A DNA stretch of 63,070 nt, the filler included, from Licmophora abbreviata (lineage: Eukaryota), in NCBI GenBank assembly GCA_900291995.1. It is 9 parts of 9 records of this genome, joined end to end, with 100 filler letters (N's around TTAATTAATTAA, not from the genome) between each part and the next. Parts side by side here need not be neighbours in the genome. Positions count along the whole stretch, not along the records: positions 58,243 to 61,056 come from OLMU01001422.1; positions 61,157 to 63,070 come from OLMU01001423.1; 7 more parts are not named here. One strand, 5' to 3'. The stretch's first letter is position 1, and each line of letters begins with the position of its first letter. Below, in pieces: positions 60,325-63,070 of this stretch. The notes under the pieces were generated by a model, which saw only the letters and a list, made by a program, of their open reading frames with translations, had not been told where the DNA came from and ran no database searches. The position numbers were made by a program, and so were the translations under genes.

Positions 60325-63070
60325 ATGACTGGCGCTGGTGCATTGGCTCTTTCTACGACGGAAGGAGCGTTTGAAGATGTCGACGAAGAGACCTTGGGGA
60401 TCCTCCTGGATGATAACAGCAGCCGCACGCCCTCGGACCAGCAGCAGCGACTGAGCGGTCTTTTCGAGCGCTTTCAGAGTGATTTGGATACAGCGCATGT
60501 TGACTCGTTCTGGAAGAAACTGGTGGGATCCGTCACGTCGCTGGGATTTGCGATGGAATCGCAGGGAGCTCTTTTCGCGGCAAGCAAAAACGAAGATGTT
60601 GGCGCCAACTTACCTCCAGCATTTGAGACTGCTTCGGGCAAAAAACACCTTCGGGCGACGTCTTCCTTGCTACGGATTTCCGAGTCAAGAGCTTCGCGAC
60701 TCACAATGAGCGCGCTTCGGGCCTATACAGCCAAGGAGTCTCATCTCTCCTCTCTGCTTGGGACGCGGCGTTTGTTGGAGATCGTCTTGCAGCACCACTA
60801 TCCACAACGTATTGCGCGGCTGCAAGTCGTTGCGGAGTGTCTCCGAGCAGAGCAGGATGAGTCGTCGCCGCATTGCGAATCAGCTACTGTCTTTCTCAAT
60901 AAGATGGATGAAGAATTCGCGGTGAATAATCGTCACCGTGGGCTCTTTCAGCTCCTCCTGTACGTTACTTGTTCTGAATACCAACCGCCGACTCGGGGCG
61001 AGCTTCTTCCGATCCTCGAACTTCGGGATGACTCGGCCACAGCTCAGAAGGAGATTNNNNNNNNNNNNNNNNNNNNNNNNNNNNNNNNNNNNNNNNNNNN
61101 TTAATTAATTAANNNNNNNNNNNNNNNNNNNNNNNNNNNNNNNNNNNNNNNNNNNNTGGAAGCTCTTGTGGTGCTTCTATACAGCCGAATCGACAAAGGG
61201 ATCCATCGTCTGGACTATGCCCTCCTACTCTTGGCCTTTCAATCCTGCCACTCCTTCTTTGCGCCGCGGGAATATGGACAACGCTTGCACCATCTCGCAG
61301 GCATGGTTTGTGCCGAATGTACGAGCCTATGGTACGCAGCCACATCTCAGAATCAAGAATGCGACGGATCGTCTTGGTTGGTGCGCCATCCTTTGCTCGA
61401 CGGCATGGACCTTCTGGGTTCGGTTGCAGCTAGGCCTCTGACAGTAAACATGGCACTATCTCCCGAACATGAGCTTTTGACGATCAAGTCGCTTCTCCTC
61501 AATTACAGCAGACAGGCGGTCGCTGAGGCTTCTCCAGCATCAATCGCTTTGTTGTCACTGGGACTATTGCTGCGCCTGCTATCGCAAAGTGTAGCCCCTG
61601 CAACTGAGGGAGAGGACACTTCCATGTACGACAAATGGAATGACCACGCGATGGAATGCCTCCAAACGGCAAACGACGAATGTGGTGTTTTTGTCAATCT
61701 TCAGTCTACTCTCCACGCACTTATCGATTCACCGATTTCGACCGCAGCGTGTGTCCCACCTGTAGCGCTAACACCCTACGACTGGCAATATTCGCCCGGC
61801 GTCGCGCCCTTGCTGGAAAGCTCAATGGCGCCTCCGCCGCTCGAGGAGGCGAATGCTGTAACGGTTGCGTATGCCAGTATCGGGCTTGAGCTGGTATCGT
61901 CGACAGTCTCCGCGTTTCGAACGACCGTTGAGAAAGATGGAAATATTTCTCCACAGAATCTCACCACGCTTTGCGATCTGGCTGCTGCTGTGTACCAGAA
62001 CCATCCTATTCTATGTGAAGGATTCTGGCAAGACTTTCAGTCGTTTTCTGAGGGAGCTGTGATTGCATCGACGCCCAATCACGCGGTCGGCTTTCTCGTG
62101 GATACTGCTCATGTATGTGCTACCTTTGCCATCAACGAGGCCTCGACTTCAGGCGATCTTCGTGTCGAAGAAAGACTGCTGGCGGCAGTAGCGCCTCTCC
62201 TGCGACTTACGGCGTCTTTGTGCTCCAGCGGTGACATGGTCGATTCGGTTTTGAGTTTGCTCCCGGTAGGCACCATTCGTTTCGCGCTGCTCTGCTGCAG
62301 CCTGTCTGGTCAGATCGCTGACCCTTCCAGATATGCAGTGAGTGTCAAGACTACCCTTGAGTCGCTGAATAAACTGGCAGCTGTTGGAATTTCCAAAAAT
62401 TGCCGAACTCTACTCCGTAGGTCCCTGGAGGTGGATTGCTCTGAGTCCGCCGACGGCCCTCGTGTGTTGTATCGTATCCTGTCTAAGCATCACCACGACC
62501 CCGATTTAGTGGAGGAGACGCTTCGTCTGTACGCACGTTTACTACAAGATTGCAAAGGAAACGAACAGTGGACGATGAACGCCGTAAAGTGTTTGTTGTC
62601 GCCAACCACCGCGCATGCCTTGCTTCCCAGATTCCTGACGGGTTTGAATGAAAAGGTGGTTCACACCGCCGTACTTGTTTTGAACGGTTTTGTCAATAGC
62701 GTGTTGAATATCGCTTTCAGTCGGTCTTTTTCTGAGGAGAGAATTGCGGAAGTCTTCCAGGTTGTTACGAATGCGGTGATCGCTTCCTGCTCCGCAATGT
62801 CGTCATCCCTTACGATGATATCGAGTCAGACGTCTCGCGGTACCTCTTTACGTTGCCTTTCTGCCGAAGCGTCCCTGCAGACTCTTGAAACCTTTTTAGG
62901 CTGCCTGAAACCTACACAGCTACTCTATGATTTTCCGTTGATCCGTGTGGCTGCCCTGGAAAGTCGAGACCTACTCATTGACTCTATCTCAGCTTCGACT
63001 CCCTTGGGGCAGGCACTAGCGCACTTCGCATGCGCCCCCATCTCGTTGAGCCTCGTGCTTGGGCTGGAGA
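60325..63070 (+). CDS. Large alpha-solenoid protein, Nup188/Nup205-like nucleoporin; interrupted by gap 61057-61156 and running off the window
   Basis: ORF 60325 to the gap, then a stop-free frame 61159-63069 not shown in the ORF track; Leu-rich helical repeats; LLRISESRA, HHYPQRIARLQVVAECLR, LAAAVYQNHPILCEGFW resemble Nup188-type segments. Confidence 0.5.

Overview
Gene-dense eukaryotic nuclear DNA, almost certainly from a diatom (probably pennate). Evidence: a RedCAP light-harvesting-like gene, bipartite ASAFAP-type plastid presequences, a signal-peptide-bearing derlin, and short (mostly 70-120 bp) GT-AG introns. The window is a draft scaffold of nine contigs joined by eight artificial 100-bp linkers (N44-TTAATTAATTAA-N44), so adjacency across a linker is unproven. 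About 27 protein genes can be modelled: RPS4, a URC1/Urg1-type GTP-cyclohydrolase-II-like protein, RedCAP, a large PHD/PDZ/WSD-like chromatin protein, LETM1, an IQ-repeat protein, an ALMT/FUSC-type transporter, CPSF1, PHPT1, a tesmin/LIN54-type CXC protein, KNTC1/ROD, an LRR protein, NAXE, TIM21, a coiled-coil+GOLD protein, a plastid flavin reductase, a derlin, a DUF2993-like protein, RNASEK/V-ATPase f, MetAP2, SPPL2, a DUF4239-like protein, mTERF, two RXL/type-I membrane proteins, a type-II PKDCC-like kinase and a Nup188-like solenoid. There is also an internally deleted acyl-CoA synthetase pseudogene. Seven apparent frameshifts can all be repaired at short homopolymers and look like sequencing errors. 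I found no rRNA, tRNA, CRISPR or transposon. The most interesting unexplained signal is a recurring CHR (TTTGAA/TTCAAA) + E2F (TTTSSCGC) + CCAAT motif set in several promoters. It is densest in the divergent promoter shared by the LIN54-like factor and KNTC1, which suggests a DREAM-type cell-cycle regulon that may include a putative cell-wall membrane protein. All family calls are from motif recognition by eye; no database search was run.
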